The notes: generated by a model not told the origin, from the sequence alone. Shown: positions 45,600 to 60,696, counted from the first letter of the stretch. The stretch: 64,000 bases of DNA from the human T2T-CHM13v2.0 reference genome, Homo sapiens (GCF_009914755.1 NC_060926.1), one strand, 5' to 3'. Numbers and translations are program-made.

Positions 45600-46790
45600 C
45601 ATCATTTTCCTCCAGCTTTTTGGGGGCATAATTGAAAAATAAATATTGTATGTGTTTACATTGTATGCATGGTATTTTGAGGTGATCATGACAATGAAGA
45701 CAGTTCACATATCTGTTGCTCATGTGAGCCCCGAATATCTGAGACAGGTCTCAGTTAATTTAGAAAGTTTATTTTACCAAGATTAAGGATGCGTGCCTGT
45801 GACACAGCCTCACAAGGTCCTGACGACATGTGCTTAAGGTAATCAGAGCACAGTTTGGTTTTATATATTTTAGGGAGAAAGGAGACATCAATCAATATAT
45901 GTAAGATGAACATTGGTTCAGTCCGGAAAGGCAGGACCACTCGATGTGGGAAGGGGGCTTCCAGGTCTTAAGTAGATAAGAGACAAATGATTGCATTCTT
46001 TTGAGTTTCTGATTAGTCTCTCTAAAGCAGGCAATCAGATATGCATTTATCTCAGTGAGCAGAGGGGTAACTTTGAATAGAATGGGAGGCGGGTTTGCCC
46101 TAAGCAGCTCCCAGCTTGACTTTTCCCTTTATCTTAGTGATTCTGGGGACCCAAGATTTATATTCCTTTCACATTCCACCCCTTCCCCACCGACTCCGCT
46201 TTTCTTTTTTAAAAATCTTTTGGAGAAAGCATTTTAGAAGAAAATGAGTCTGGTCTCAGGTTTCATCTGATCTTTCATGGCTAGAATGGTTTATTCCTAG
46301 ATGGGTAAGTCCCAAGTTATTAGGAGTGCTCATTTTTAAGTCCCAAGTTATTAGGAATGCTCGTTTTTAGCAGATTATGAAGTCTCATATCCTATGGAGA
46401 GAAAATAGGGGGAAGAAGGGAGAAAAACAACAAACGAAAGAACAACTCTGGAAAATCAGTACAGGCCACATTACTCTGAAGTCCATACATCAGTAGGCAG
46501 GTATAAAAGTGGCTTTATATAGCTTATGTATATAAATAGGTTCCTATTATTTTCTTCTGAAGTTTAAGATGTCTAGCGTCAGTTCTCAGGGCTTTAAGAA
46601 AGCATAGCTTAGATTTTAGTAATTTTGGGGCCCCAAGATTTATTTTCCTTTCACACTCCTTTTTTTGTGTGTGTGGGTGACAGCATTTAAGATCTACTCT
46701 GTTAGCAATTGTCAAGTATGCAATACCTTATTATGACACATATTCACCATGCTATACAACACATCTCCAGCATTTATTCATTTTTTCATG
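45600..46790 (-). mobile_element. L1MA 3' end split by the MER4 provirus
   Basis: L1MA 3' UTR reads continuously across 45722/46656 (CACATATC...|...TAAGATCTACTCTGTTAGCAA). Confidence 0.7.
45723..46655 (-). mobile_element. Internally deleted MER4 (ERV1) provirus: MER4A1-like 3' LTR (45723-46173), 3' internal segment and ~40-bp 5' LTR stub
   Basis: LTR terminus GGGG(A/C)CCCAAGATTTAT(A/T)TTCCTTTCACA occurs at both 46173 and 46655; PPT-like tract next to the full LTR; flanks CTCA/CTCC. Confidence 0.85.
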
Positions 46791-46959
46791 AATCATGGTG
46801 ATTTTATCTGACTGTTCCATAGGGTCCATAGCAAGTCAATACATCCTGTAGCAAATAAGTAACTTGCAACTAGATGATAATGTGTGTTAAATGCTGTGCT
46901 AAAAGTCTGTATTTCATTCTGTAGTCTAGCAGGTCAAAAAATGTTTTTCTATTCAGACA

Positions 46960-48213
<1,254 letters not shown>

Positions 48214-48238
48214 TCTGTCATTCTTTTAGGAGGGCAAA

Positions 48239-49135
48239 TGTCAGAGGCATGTGAACCACAGCAACTCCATCTTGAATAGGAGCTAGGTAAAATAAGACTG
48301 AAACCCTCTGGGCTGCATTGCCAGATGGTTAGGCATTTTAAGTCATAGAATGAGATAGGAGGTCAGCACAAGATACAGGTCATAAAAACCTTGATGATAA
48401 AACAGGTTACAGTAAAGAAGCCAGCCAAAACCTACCAAAACCAAGATGCTGCCAAGAGTAACCTCTGGTCCTCCTCATTGCTACACTCCCATCAGTGCCA
48501 TGATAGTTTACAAATGCCAGAAAACTGCCCTATATGGTCTAAAAGGGAGAGGTATGAATGTCAGGAAGTTGCCCTGTATGGTCTAAAAGGGAGAGGTATG
48601 AATAATCCTCCCCTTGTTTAGCATATAATGAAGAAATAACCATAAAAGTGGGCAACCAGAAACCCTTTGGGCTACGCTGTCTGTGGAGTAGTCATTCTTT
48701 TATTCCTGTACTTTCTTTTTTTTTTTTTTTTTTTGAGACGGAGTCTTAGTCTGTCGCCAGGCTGGAGTGCAAGTGGCACGATCTTGGCTCACTGCAACCT
48801 CTGCCTCCTGGGTTCAAGCAACTCTCCTGCCTCAGCCTCCCGAGTAGCTGGGACTACAGGCAAGCACCACCACGCCCAGCTAATTTGTATATTTTTAGTA
48901 GAGACGGGGTTTCACCATGTTGGCCAGAATGGTCTCGATCTCTTGACCTCGTGATCTGCCCGCCTCGGCCTCCCAAAGTGCTGGGATTACAGGCGTGAGC
49001 CACAGCGCCCGGCCTCCTGTACTTTCTTAATAAACTTTTTTTCACTTTACTCTGTGGACTCACCCTGAATTCTTCCTTGTGTGAGATCCAAGAACCCTCT
49101 CTTGGGGTCTGGATCGGGACCCCTTTCTGATAACA
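48239..49135 (+). mobile_element. MER41 (MER41A-like) solo LTR, split by an Alu
   Basis: TGTCAGAGGC..AGCAACTCCATCTTGAATAGG start and GGATCGGGACCCCTTTC..TAACA end; flanks CAAA/CAAC. Confidence 0.9.
48718..49014 (-). mobile_element. AluSc
   Basis: GTCGCCAGG and ATCTCTTGACCTCGTGA features; 14-bp TSD TCCTGTACTTTCTT. Confidence 0.9.
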
Positions 49136-49545
49136 CAACCGTGAAGTTATTTGTTAACTGAGAAGAAACAAGCAAATGGGGAGAGTTGAAGAATCAAGGG
49201 AATGAAGGAAAAATTACCATGGTGGTCTTATGGGAAAAAAAATGGGGTGGGACAGATCAGAGGTGAAAGGATTAGCCTGAGAATGAGAAAGAACACTTTC
49301 AGATAAAATTTGGAGGTAAACAACAATGTGCATGGTGCTATAAATGCAGATTTGGTGTTAGGTGGAGAGCTAAAAGTTTTGTGGATAGAGCTTTTAACTT
49401 TTATTAAAATTATTCTACTCAGACTATTCATTTCTACATTCTATTATGGAATATAAGGGAAAATGTAAATAAGGGCTCTTGCAAATGTTTCAGGGATTTC
49501 CCAGATATTTTATTCCAAATTTCTTAAGATTGAAATGCATACTAA

Positions 49546-50032
<487 letters not shown>

Positions 50033-50049
50033 TAAAAGTTTATATTTGT

Positions 50050-50070
50050 GGCTGGGCGTGGTGGCTCACC
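50050..50070 (+). mobile_element. Alu 5' stub (first ~20 bp only)
   Basis: GGCTGGGCGTGGTGGCTCAC preceded by TTTT/AAAA site; no Alu continuation. Confidence 0.7.
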
Positions 50071-50534
50071 TTTCTACTTATGTTGTTCAATTCATCAAAA
50101 GTTCAACAGGGATAATTTAACTACATTAAACTGAACTTATTTGCATGTTTTAAAATCTTAAGTTTCTTCCTATTTTCAGTCTTCCCAACCTCAAGTTCAT
50201 CTTCCAAAGACCGTGAGAAAGATCAACATCATAAAAATATTAAGTAGGGTATTCAGTCTTCCCTGTGTCAGTATTATTTACAGGGCAAATAGTACTTTTG
50301 TTTTCAATGGATAAATTAATGCCAAAGAAAACAATAGAGTTTAACAGTCATTCTATAAGCGTAATGATTTTGACTGTGATATAAAGCTTGACTATGTCTT
50401 GTGAATCATTACAAGACATTGTTTACAAGACGTGTCTTTGATTCATTATTTCCACAAGTTGCTTTAGTTTAAATCCTAGTTCACCTTAAATGTATCATTG
50501 AACATTCAAGGAGAAAAATTATTTAAGAATAACA

Positions 50535-50972
<438 letters not shown>

Positions 50973-51234
50973 TTAAGTAGAAAAATACTCTTGTCAACAA
51001 AATAACAATGGGCTAAGTTTCTACTACCATGCTCTTTCTTTATTCCGGTGTCTCCTTTACCGAATATATAACATTAAACAAAACATAACCAAGAAAGACA
51101 GTAAAAAAAAAAAATACGCTGTCATAACTTTACCCCAAATCTAAAGAATTTTCAGAAATGTAGATGGCATTCCAACTTTGTAATTTGTATATCTGATGTT
51201 CTCTTGAGTTCATTAACTACAAATTTAAGCAAGC

Positions 51235-51312
51235 AAAAGAAGAGAAAGAAAGAAAGAGAGAGAGAAGAAGAGAGGGAGAGAGAGAGGGAGGGAAGGAGGA
51301 AGGGAGGAAAAA
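51235..51312. repeat. GA-rich low-complexity polypurine tract
   Basis: Direct reading. Confidence 0.85.
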
Positions 51313-51719
51313 GGATTAGTATTGAGTAAAACTGAGAGGGAAAATAAAGAATTTGGAGAGCTTTGTATATAATACAGACTGGAAATGATTTCTGTATATT
51401 GTCAGAAGATATTTCAGAATTTTACAGAAATAAAATATTTGAAGTATATATAATAAGGCATGTAATACCTTTAGCCATTACATAGTTTACACCACTTTTT
51501 TTTCAAGTAATGTGCTTTTTTATGCCGTAACTTGAAATAAGGACTTACCTCCTGGGTCCTCAGTGAGGAAACGGAGTATTTTTTTTTTCTCTTTGAATAT
51601 CATTGCTCATAAAATGTTTTGAACAATATCCATATGTCCTAAATTATTAACATATCTTTGATTTCTATATAGACAGATATTTTATGATATTTTTCTGAAG
51701 TGGCATAATCAACTTTATT

Positions 51720-53215
51720 TATATATGTACTCATCAACTTCCTCCAAATCTGTTCCTTCCTCCAAACCTGTTACCTCCAATCTCTTGCCAAAAACCCTCC
51801 CTCCAACCAATCAAATGGGTTTCTTAAAACAGCCTGTTAGTTTATTCTTTTTCTCTCCCTCACAATGGAATTGCCTAAATTCTGCCCTCTAGCATCACCA
51901 TTTTCTACACTGTACCCTTAGTGTGATCTTTTGAACATAAAATATGACTATGGCTCCTCATTCTAAAAATCTCTTGGTTAGTAATAATTCTCATTTCCTG
52001 GGCATTTACTATATGCTGCACTATTCTCACTGTTCTTTGTGAATTTATTCAATTTATGTTAACCTCAGCCCCATGAGATAGTTATCTCCATTTTCCAGAT
52101 GACTAAAGTAAAGGCATACAGAAGTGAAGCAACTTTCTCAAGTTCACACAGAATGAACAGATGTATGAATGAGAGAGTCAGGACTCAAACTCAGGCTGCT
52201 AGACATCTGCAAGCTTCTGTAAACCTCTTCCACATGATGCCTTTCATAAGCACCATGTGATCCACAAACTGAAATATAAGTGTAATTGCATGAAGCTGTT
52301 GGTGCGCTACACCTTGACCTTATTGATTTAGCGAACATGGATGAACTTTCAATTCCCAGTACTTACATTTCTTTGCCTGAAAGCTTTATTTATCCCTTAG
52401 AACCTGCTTTGCTGCCTGTGAGGTAGGTTGGAAATACCAGTGAACTAACACTGTCTCTCAACCAATGAACAAAGGAAGTTGGTGTATCAACAATACTGCA
52501 TCCCCATTTTCCTGTTTGAATGTTTCTTTTCACAGACCTGTATTTTACACTGGCTACTGAGTTCCCTTAATCCTCAGTAGGATTAAGGGGATCAAATATT
52601 AACATGGTTGATAACATACCCCTCATTTTCTACTTTCCTTCCTCACTCTCATGAAAGTATTTTCTGGGTTACCTATAAAATAAACTAACTGCACATCCAT
52701 CTTTTGCTTAAGAACTATTTCTGGAGGAACCCAAAGCACATGGTATGAACTTCAGCATGTGTATTCCTGTCTTTTCTCCTGTACCAACTTTCCCGCCTTA
52801 TGTCTTCAAAGCCCCTACACATTCCAACACATTGAGCCTCTTGAGTTTACATGGAGTTCTGTCAGTCCTCCTTGATTTTTCAGGGTCCAGTCCCTCTGCA
52901 TGGTATGGCCTTTCTTTCTTAATCCACTTGATAAACTCTTGCTAATTCTCATCTTCAATTTAAAGTTAAAACACTTCTTCCAACATTAGAACGCCTTCCC
53001 TAACTGCCAAAGAATTGTAGAGTGCATTTGCCCCTGCCAATAGATTTTGTATTAGGTCACCATGGCAATGATCTACACATTCTCAAGTGGACCTGCCTGT
53101 CTCCTTACTAAAATCTAAAAACTTTGTTGACATGAAATAGATCACTACATGTCTATATTCCCAACATCCAGAGTATGTACTTCACAGACATTAGTCAAAA
53201 GAATAGATGAATGAG
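51720..53215. mobile_element. L2 fragments with nested MIR (~51990-52230) and old ERVL LTR remnant (~52330-52740)
   Basis: L2 3' end (GAATAGATGAATGA), MIR core CCATTTTCCAGATGAC, LTR-like end TTTCTGGAGGAACCCAAA. Confidence 0.5.
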
Positions 53216-55087
53216 GCATTTTGCTATTTTGATTTATAAAATAATATGTAAAACAATTTTACTATTTGAAATTTAAATTTTGAATAATGTATAAAAAATT
53301 TTAATCGTAAAAATACTTCATTATTTAATGACCATAAAGGTATTCTATGTTTAGCCCAATGTTCTGATTAAAGCTTGATGTCATTTATAGATTTTTAACT
53401 GTGTAAATATTTCAAATGTTATAAAACTACTGTATCACAGAATTTGAGCAAAATGAGTTTGAAAGTAACTCTATTATTTTAAATTAAATTTGGAAAAATA
53501 AATGTAATTTTTATATGACTACAGAGAAATGGAGGCCTTAATAATTTTATGACCATATTCTGTTTACAATTTTATTATGAAATATTTTAATGGAATACAA
53601 ATAAAACCCAAAACATGTTACTAGTATTACTAGTGATTATATTAATTAGATGTGGCACCAAAAAAATCTTTAGACAATTTGTTACAGGCTGTTAATATTA
53701 TGATTAATAATATTATGTTAACATTATAAGCTAAACTGTTGTTCAAATAAATCTAAGTTGATTTATTACCTGAATGAACTTTAGGTGAAGTCAAATGTCA
53801 TTATGAAAGATTTCTCTCCATGAATTTACTTTTCACATAGGCTAGTCTAAATTTACAGGGTTTTTTTTATAAATAGAGTATAATTACTTTATATGTTTTT
53901 AAAATTTATTCCAGTTTTCTAATTATAGTTAGTTATTTTCCCTGCCTCTAAGAATGAAGTCTTAAAAAGAACTGTGGCAAAAAGGGACGCTTTGGGCCAA
54001 TATATGCTACAGACAGCGACAGAACCCAGTAGTTTTTCTTCTAGGTTAGCCTAACATTGTGTCACAGTTGATATTTTAAACATGATTCTGAGAATTGAGT
54101 TTAGTTCCCTCAGTGACACTAAGTCATACTCCCTCTTGAGCAGCTATTTGTGTGTCTAGCTTTTACATCTAACACATTTCTTTTTCCCACCTTCCATTTG
54201 TGAAGAGAATTTTTAAAATGCATTCAAGTCCAGAAATTCAAAATTATGGTTCCCAAAGCAAGTGTGACTCAGCCAGGTTGTGAATTAAGGCAATAAAGCA
54301 AATGCCTATGTTCAACTTTTATTTTTATTCATTTCGAAAACGTTATTCCCTGGAATTGCCTCCTGAGACAGACACCTCATAGTGATTTGCTTCAGCAAAC
54401 TTCTTACCCGTCTGGTGATCTCTAGAATGAAAATGGAACTGGCATAAGTGACAGAATCCAGTTAACATAGAATAGGCCAATTTCCTTCCTTCCTTAGGCA
54501 CAAACTCTTCCTTTGGGTTGGAATGCGTTTAACATCTTCAAACTTTCACATACCCCTACTCTTTTCTTTCAGACCTCAATTTAAGTACAACTCCCTACCC
54601 AACAAACACCCTCATTTTAAATGAATTCATAATAACCAATGCATTTATTGCATAGCACTTTTCCTAAATGTTATTAAATAATAGTGTATTTATTTATGTA
54701 TTTAACACTAGGATATTAATTCCATCCAGACAGAAACCTGATGCATTCCCACCTAGTAGCTGATACACTGCCTTGTTCTTTACAACCATTTGATAAGCCT
54801 GAATAAGTGAATGATTTTCCTTTTGGTACCAACTTGTGCAATCATTATAATCATTTCTTTTGGAGAAGGATTTTCTCTGGGATTTGATGATGGCATTTTC
54901 GTAATCCTTGTCCCAATTAAATGGGCTTTCTCTTATTTTTTTATTTAAATATATAATATCCCTGCAGCTCCACCTCAACATCATTCCTGAGTATATTTGC
55001 ACTGGTGCACAAAAAATAAAAGTTTATCATGGCTCCGGACTGACTCAGACTCTGAATTCCTCAAAGGGAGGATCTAGAGCTCAGAGT

Positions 55088-55250
55088 TCGGCATGGTGGT
55101 GAATGCCTGTAGTTACAAGTACTCAGGAAGCTCAGGTGGGAGGATTGCTGGAGGCTAGGAGTTTGAGGCTGCAGTGCTCTGACTGTACCTGTGAAGAGCC
55201 ACTGTACTCTACCCTGAGCAACTAGCCAAATCCCATTTTTGAAAAGAAAA
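55088..55250 (+). mobile_element. FAM (fossil Alu monomer)
   Basis: Single monomer retaining the 7SL-derived segment CCTGTGAA(T/G)AGCCACTG, which dimeric Alu right arms lack. Confidence 0.65.
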
Positions 55251-55639
55251 GGGCAGGGGGGAGGTTGTATTATATCCTTGTACTCTCAGACCCAGATATA
55301 GTGCCCAATAAATGCTTATTTTTCAAATGAATAAACATATGAATAAATGAATGAAAAGCATCCATCAGAGCACTTCATGGTGTTGATTCCCATATTACAA
55401 ACTTCTTATACATTATAATTTTATCAACAGATGGCTAAAGGAAATCAGGCACATATTTTATCCTACGAACTAATCCCACATCATCCATCAGTTTAGCTAA
55501 TATGCTATATTCTGCTCTATCAGTGTAACATTTTAGGCCTATCATAATGCTAAAATCTCTGTCTTTTCCAAAAGTCTCTGAGTAACAACTTTTTGAAGTC
55601 ACGGCCATTCAGTTTTTAACCTAATGGGCCTCATTTGGC

Positions 55640-56060
55640 AAATAACTAGTATTTACTCTTACTAAATGTTTACTGAATACCATCTGAGCTTTTGATTCTC
55701 TACAATCACTGGGCATACAGAACTGAAAAGCATGGTTGTTGGTTTCCAGGAATATACAATGAGGAAGCATATGTGAAAAAATAATACTACAAGGGAACAC
55801 ATGCCTTGTGTAAAAGAGTGAAAGTGACCAAAACTCTTCTTGATATTCAGAGGACTGAGTCATTCTATATGGAGGAGGTAGGGAAGGCCTCCTGGACTTA
55901 AATTAAAATTTGAAAGATTCAGATTCAGGGCATGCCAGACAAAGGAAAAAGCTTGGTTAAAAATCTAGAGGAGTTAGAATTTACATGCTATCCAGACAGC
56001 AGGCAACAAATGGCAGGAAATCAGTGATTAAATTGGCTGTGTTGAGTGGAGCAGTGGATT
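55640..56060 (-). mobile_element. L2 fragment
   Basis: AAATGTTTACTGAATACC..CTGGGCATACAG; AGGGAAGGCCTCCTG. Confidence 0.55.
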
Positions 56061-56089
56061 GGAGGCAGTGAGTTATGAGCTGTGAATTT

Positions 56090-57041
56090 GAAGATACTAC
56101 TCTTGGGTTCTTTACATGGGGGCCTGTACTGACCGGGGACAGATTAACAAGAGATGAAGACGTACAATTTGTATTAATATTTTACATGTACAGAAGTTGA
56201 CAGGAAAGAAGTGACTCACAGGTGGTTTGACTTAGGGGCTTTTATACCATTTTATCAAAGGAAAGTGGATTTAGGCTTCAAGTGATGATAAATCATGGAA
56301 AGTGACTAGGAAATATATGGGAGAAGTAATGGAAGATAAGGATACTGAGTATGTTTATGCAAGCTAATCTGTGTTTATTCCATCTCTAGTAAGAATAAGT
56401 GAGGAGACCACTGCTCATGTTGTCTTATGCCTAATTTCTGCCTCCAAAGAAAGAAGATGTAAAAACTAAAAGGCAGAAATAAAATCCGCAGGCAGAGAGC
56501 CTGGCGCCACGCCCTGGGCCTGGTTAAGATCAACCCCTAACCTAACCGGTTATGTTATCTATAGATTCCAGACATTGTATGGAAAAGCATTGTGAAAATC
56601 CCTGTCCTGTTCTTTTCCGTTCTGATTACCAGTGCATGCAGCCCCCAGTCACGTACCCCCTGCTTGCTCAATCGATCACGACCCTTTCACGTGGACCCCC
56701 TTAGAGTTGTAAGCCCTTAAAAGGGACAGGAATTGCTCACTCGGGGAGCTCGGGTTTTGGAGACGTGAGTCTGCCGATGCTCCCAGCTGAATAAAGCCCT
56801 TCCTTCTACAACTCAGTGTCTGAGGGGTTTTGTCTGTGGCTCGTCCTGCTGCAATAAGAGTGCCTTCCTCTTCCATATACAGGGGACACCTTTACAAACA
56901 GAAATTTATGTTCTGCTTTTAGGCAGTTAAGGGAAAGGCAGAGAACTCTTCCTGGGCCTGTTGATTCTCAATTGCCTTCAGCTCGAAATAATCTTTATAC
57001 TACAATGTCATATTTTGGAGTGACATATTCTAATCACTTCA
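56090..57041 (-). mobile_element. MER34-family ERV1 LTR, split by LTR2
   Basis: Reverse of MER34 start: CTCAATTGCCTTCAGCTCGAAATAATC..ATATTTTGG..GACATATTCT..TTCA. Confidence 0.75.
56396..56853 (+). mobile_element. LTR2 (HERV-E/Harlequin) solo LTR
   Basis: TAAG..GAGGAGACCAC start, CCCCCAGTCACGTACCCCCTGCTTGCTCAATCGATCACGACCC core, AATAAA, CTCGTCCTGCT.CA end; flanks AGAA/ATAA. Confidence 0.92.
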
Positions 57042-59439
57042 TGGCCTTGAATAACGAGTTATGAATCTTTGAGCTCAACTTATGTATAAACAAAGCCATT
57101 CATTGATTTGAACAAAAGGTGAACTCTTTCCCTGTTATTTCCTCTTTTCCAGCATATCCATAACACTACCTAAGCTCTATCAAACTTTCCTCCTTTGCTG
57201 ATTCAAATATAGAGGAACTAATTTCAGATCCAATGGCTCATTTCAAGTCTCATGAAAATTTGCCTAAGACAAGTCTTGATTTACCACTTCTGACCTCTCA
57301 ATTTATTGATAAATCTTATAATCACATGTTTACTTCTAATTCGTGAATGTCAGAGGTGGTAGAAAGAGATTTCTATGGAGAAGAGAATGAGAAAAATGGT
57401 GAGAGCATTTCAATATGAAACATCCTGTTTGATAGTGTGTATGTCTGTCGCGTGTATCACTGAATAGAAAAGTAAAGATGAAATGAAACTATTTTAGTGA
57501 ATTGCACTTGACCTGCAGTATCATTTAATGATAATCATGAAATCTAAGTTTCTCTTTTACCAGTTTTGAGAGTTATGATAGGAATTTTATCTTTATTAAT
57601 TCTTTGATCAATTATGTAACTTTTATAATTATAGTCTGAGATAATACCAGCCTATTTGCAGGCAAGATGAGATGAAATACCTTGACATCAGTTGGAGAAG
57701 CATTGCATAATTCCATTAGAAGCATTTAGATTACCATAGCACCATCTGAATATCTCTTTGTTAAGAAGTCCTTTTTCACAAATTAATGTACTTTATCATA
57801 CATTTATTCGCGGGTGAAGAGTTAGCTGATGAAAACTATGCCACAGTAACTTGCTGTTATTTCTTTATCTGTAAGCAAACATCAACACCTCTTTCTTCAA
57901 TGCATGCAGGAGAGATACTTAAACCTAAACCTAAAATTAGGATTTTAAATTTCCACCTCTGAGGAAATGTTTATGTACAGCACAGTTTTGTTTTTTGTTT
58001 GTTTGTTTGTTTTTTTAATGAACACTTCTCGTCAACCAGAGTAGAGGGAAGATTCGGATTTTAGCAAGAAAAGTACTGAAACAAAAGTTCTATCTGCCAA
58101 TGAGAAGACAGTCTGAAGTGAATAGTATTAATCAGAAGGTGCATATACAAGGAAGTTTTCAATTAAGAGAAACTAAGTAGCTTTAGTGAATATAGAGCGA
58201 TATTCTTTTCAAATCTGGGCTCCCAATCTAGTGCCCTTAAATGTTTATTGCATTTTTAATTGCTTGAAAAACAGTAGGATATTAGTGAAATTCCTCGGAA
58301 GGCAAATAGTCAAAAGACTTCATTTAAGTCCTGTAGTTAGTGATTCTCATTGCGGTACCACACAACAGTTTAATAGAATGCTTTTAAAAGGCAGTCTCTA
58401 TTTGTAATTATGTGGCATGTTGCAATGCTATTAGCAGTTGTGTTTACCACGGCTTTAGGATGCTTGAGACAAAGGCTATGGTCTGTTTCCTTTATAATGG
58501 CAAGAAATAATTATAATTACATACTCATGCCTGGAAATAGTGTTCATAACCCCATGAATTAATAACTCTTTAACTCCATGTCACCCTACCTTGACAATTT
58601 ATATCATACAGAAAATGAGCAATATGTGAATTATTTGAAAAAAAAATTCGCTTGTAGTATCTAAAGTATTGTCAAAGACTCTTTTTTGAGCAATATGTTT
58701 TTTAAATTGACCAAAACCTCCTTTGATTCCCCCTCAAAGCTAGAATACTATTTCAATGTTCTGCTTATATATATATCAAATCGCTTTTGAGTCAATGTGC
58801 TTAAATGTCTTAAATGTCAACAATTAGAGCAGCTAACATCTGGGAACACTACTTCCACTATAAAAATCAATATGATGCTTAGGCAAAAATACTGTACAAA
58901 ATGCACTCCTTTGTAGATTAATATTATAAATGCCAAACTGGCCAAGAGAGATAAATTTGTGAAAAAAATATTACTTGGGAAAATAGAGTGTGAATAGGTT
59001 ATATGTGACAAATTTTATTGTTTTAATAATTTTTCTTATAGAGTGTCCCATTGCCCTTCTTATTTGCTGAGCAATCGTCAGCTTGATGTAATGAATAATT
59101 TATTGACATTTCCCCCCTTTCTTTCAATAAGAGAAGAAGGGTATCAAATGTAGCAAGGGACTTGGACAGCAGTAATACCAGGCAGACATACATACTCTCT
59201 GTTGCCTACAGGCTCATAGGTCACATATGTGGGTATGTATATGTGCTTGTGTGTGGACATGCATTTGTGTGTTTCTATGTGTGTGTAAATGTGCATATTC
59301 CTATCCATTGAAAGCCAAAGTCAATTAAAAATAAAATTCAACAACATGGGAAAACAGCAAAGTAAATAGTTTTTTCCTAATACTACTCCCTACTAAACTC
59401 AAAATATCATTACCTTTATACTGAAATGTTACAAACAGC

Positions 59440-59700
59440 TCATGAGAAATGGCTAATATCGTCGAGCACTTGCCCTGTGGCAGAAGCTGACCTAAGTACT
59501 TTTCAGGCATTAACTAATTTTCTCTTTGTGACCATGCTGTAAGATAGTAACTATAATTGTACTCCCATTTTATAAATGGGAAAACAGAGGCACAGGAAGG
59601 TCACATACTTTTTTTTTCAAAATTTCAGGACAAGTAATTCGTGGAGACAGGATTTGAATTCAGACAGCACACACCAAGCCATTTTTCTTGATCACTAATT
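59440..59700 (-). mobile_element. MIR
   Basis: CCCATTTTATAAATGGGAAAACAGAGGCACAG..GGATTTGAATTCAG. Confidence 0.75.
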
Positions 59701-60232
59701 TATGTTGCACCCTGGTTGGAAGCATGCCTAAAAGCCGAAATATTTTGGAGTGAGTGGCTAAGTTAAGAAAATCTAATATACTTTATGCTTGCACCCTGAA
59801 ATTTAACATGTCATTTTCTACAACTTTGCACTGTTCTTTTCTTAACTGTCTCACGTTTTAGTGTTAACCCCCACAAGAAGTCTTCAGGCTTTTTGAGAAC
59901 AGGTGTCATCTCTAGTTGTACTTGTTTGGAATGCCTCAAGACAGATAATATAAAACCACAAAGCAGGTTCTCAAGAAATTACCTGCTATTTGATAAAAAA
60001 TTAATATATTTGAACTTTCTTCTCATCATTTTATCTTATATGTTCTGTTTCATGATTTTTAGTGTTCAAAGATATATTAGGTTTAGATTTTTCACCCTCA
60101 TAGCTGCAAGTATAAAATGCCTCTATAATATGCCTGAAAATGGATCATCTATTCTCAGTAAGATATTCTCCATTGACAGGGAAACATGGATTCCTGCCCA
60201 CATCTTACATAAAGTATGTTAAGAAAGAGGGG

Positions 60233-60696
60233 TTCTGTTAGGTCGTTCATTGGATTTCAGATCCATTCTCCACATTTTCCCTGCTCTGTTCTGCACTGCA
60301 GGGATTGACTCTTCAACTACATTTCTGAGGCTTCTTTTTGCCCACTGGCTCTGAGGTAGGCTTGCTACTAGGACACACTGACAGGAGATTGAAGAGAGAG
60401 GGGAAGAGAGAGCCTGAGGATATGGGGTGAAATATCCCTCAGTGGTTCTCACTATGATGATACTTTTCTCCAGATTACCCTGGCATCTGAGGTCTGTTAA
60501 CACCTCCTTTCTCCCTATGTCCCAACAGCCACAAGAATGGTCATATCTTGTTTTGCTTATCTCTGGGTTGGCTCACCATCTCCTAGTTGACTTTTTCTCT
60601 TTTCTTCCATATGTGCAATTAATTACATGCATAATTTCCTCTTGTTTAAAATACTTATAGTGATTTTATTTTCTGTGTTGGACTCAGACTGATGCA
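60233..60696 (+). mobile_element. ERVL LTR (LTR33-like)
   Basis: CTGACAGGAGATTGAAG; TATCTCTGGGTTG.CTCACCATC; end GGACTCAGACTGATGCA. Confidence 0.65.
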
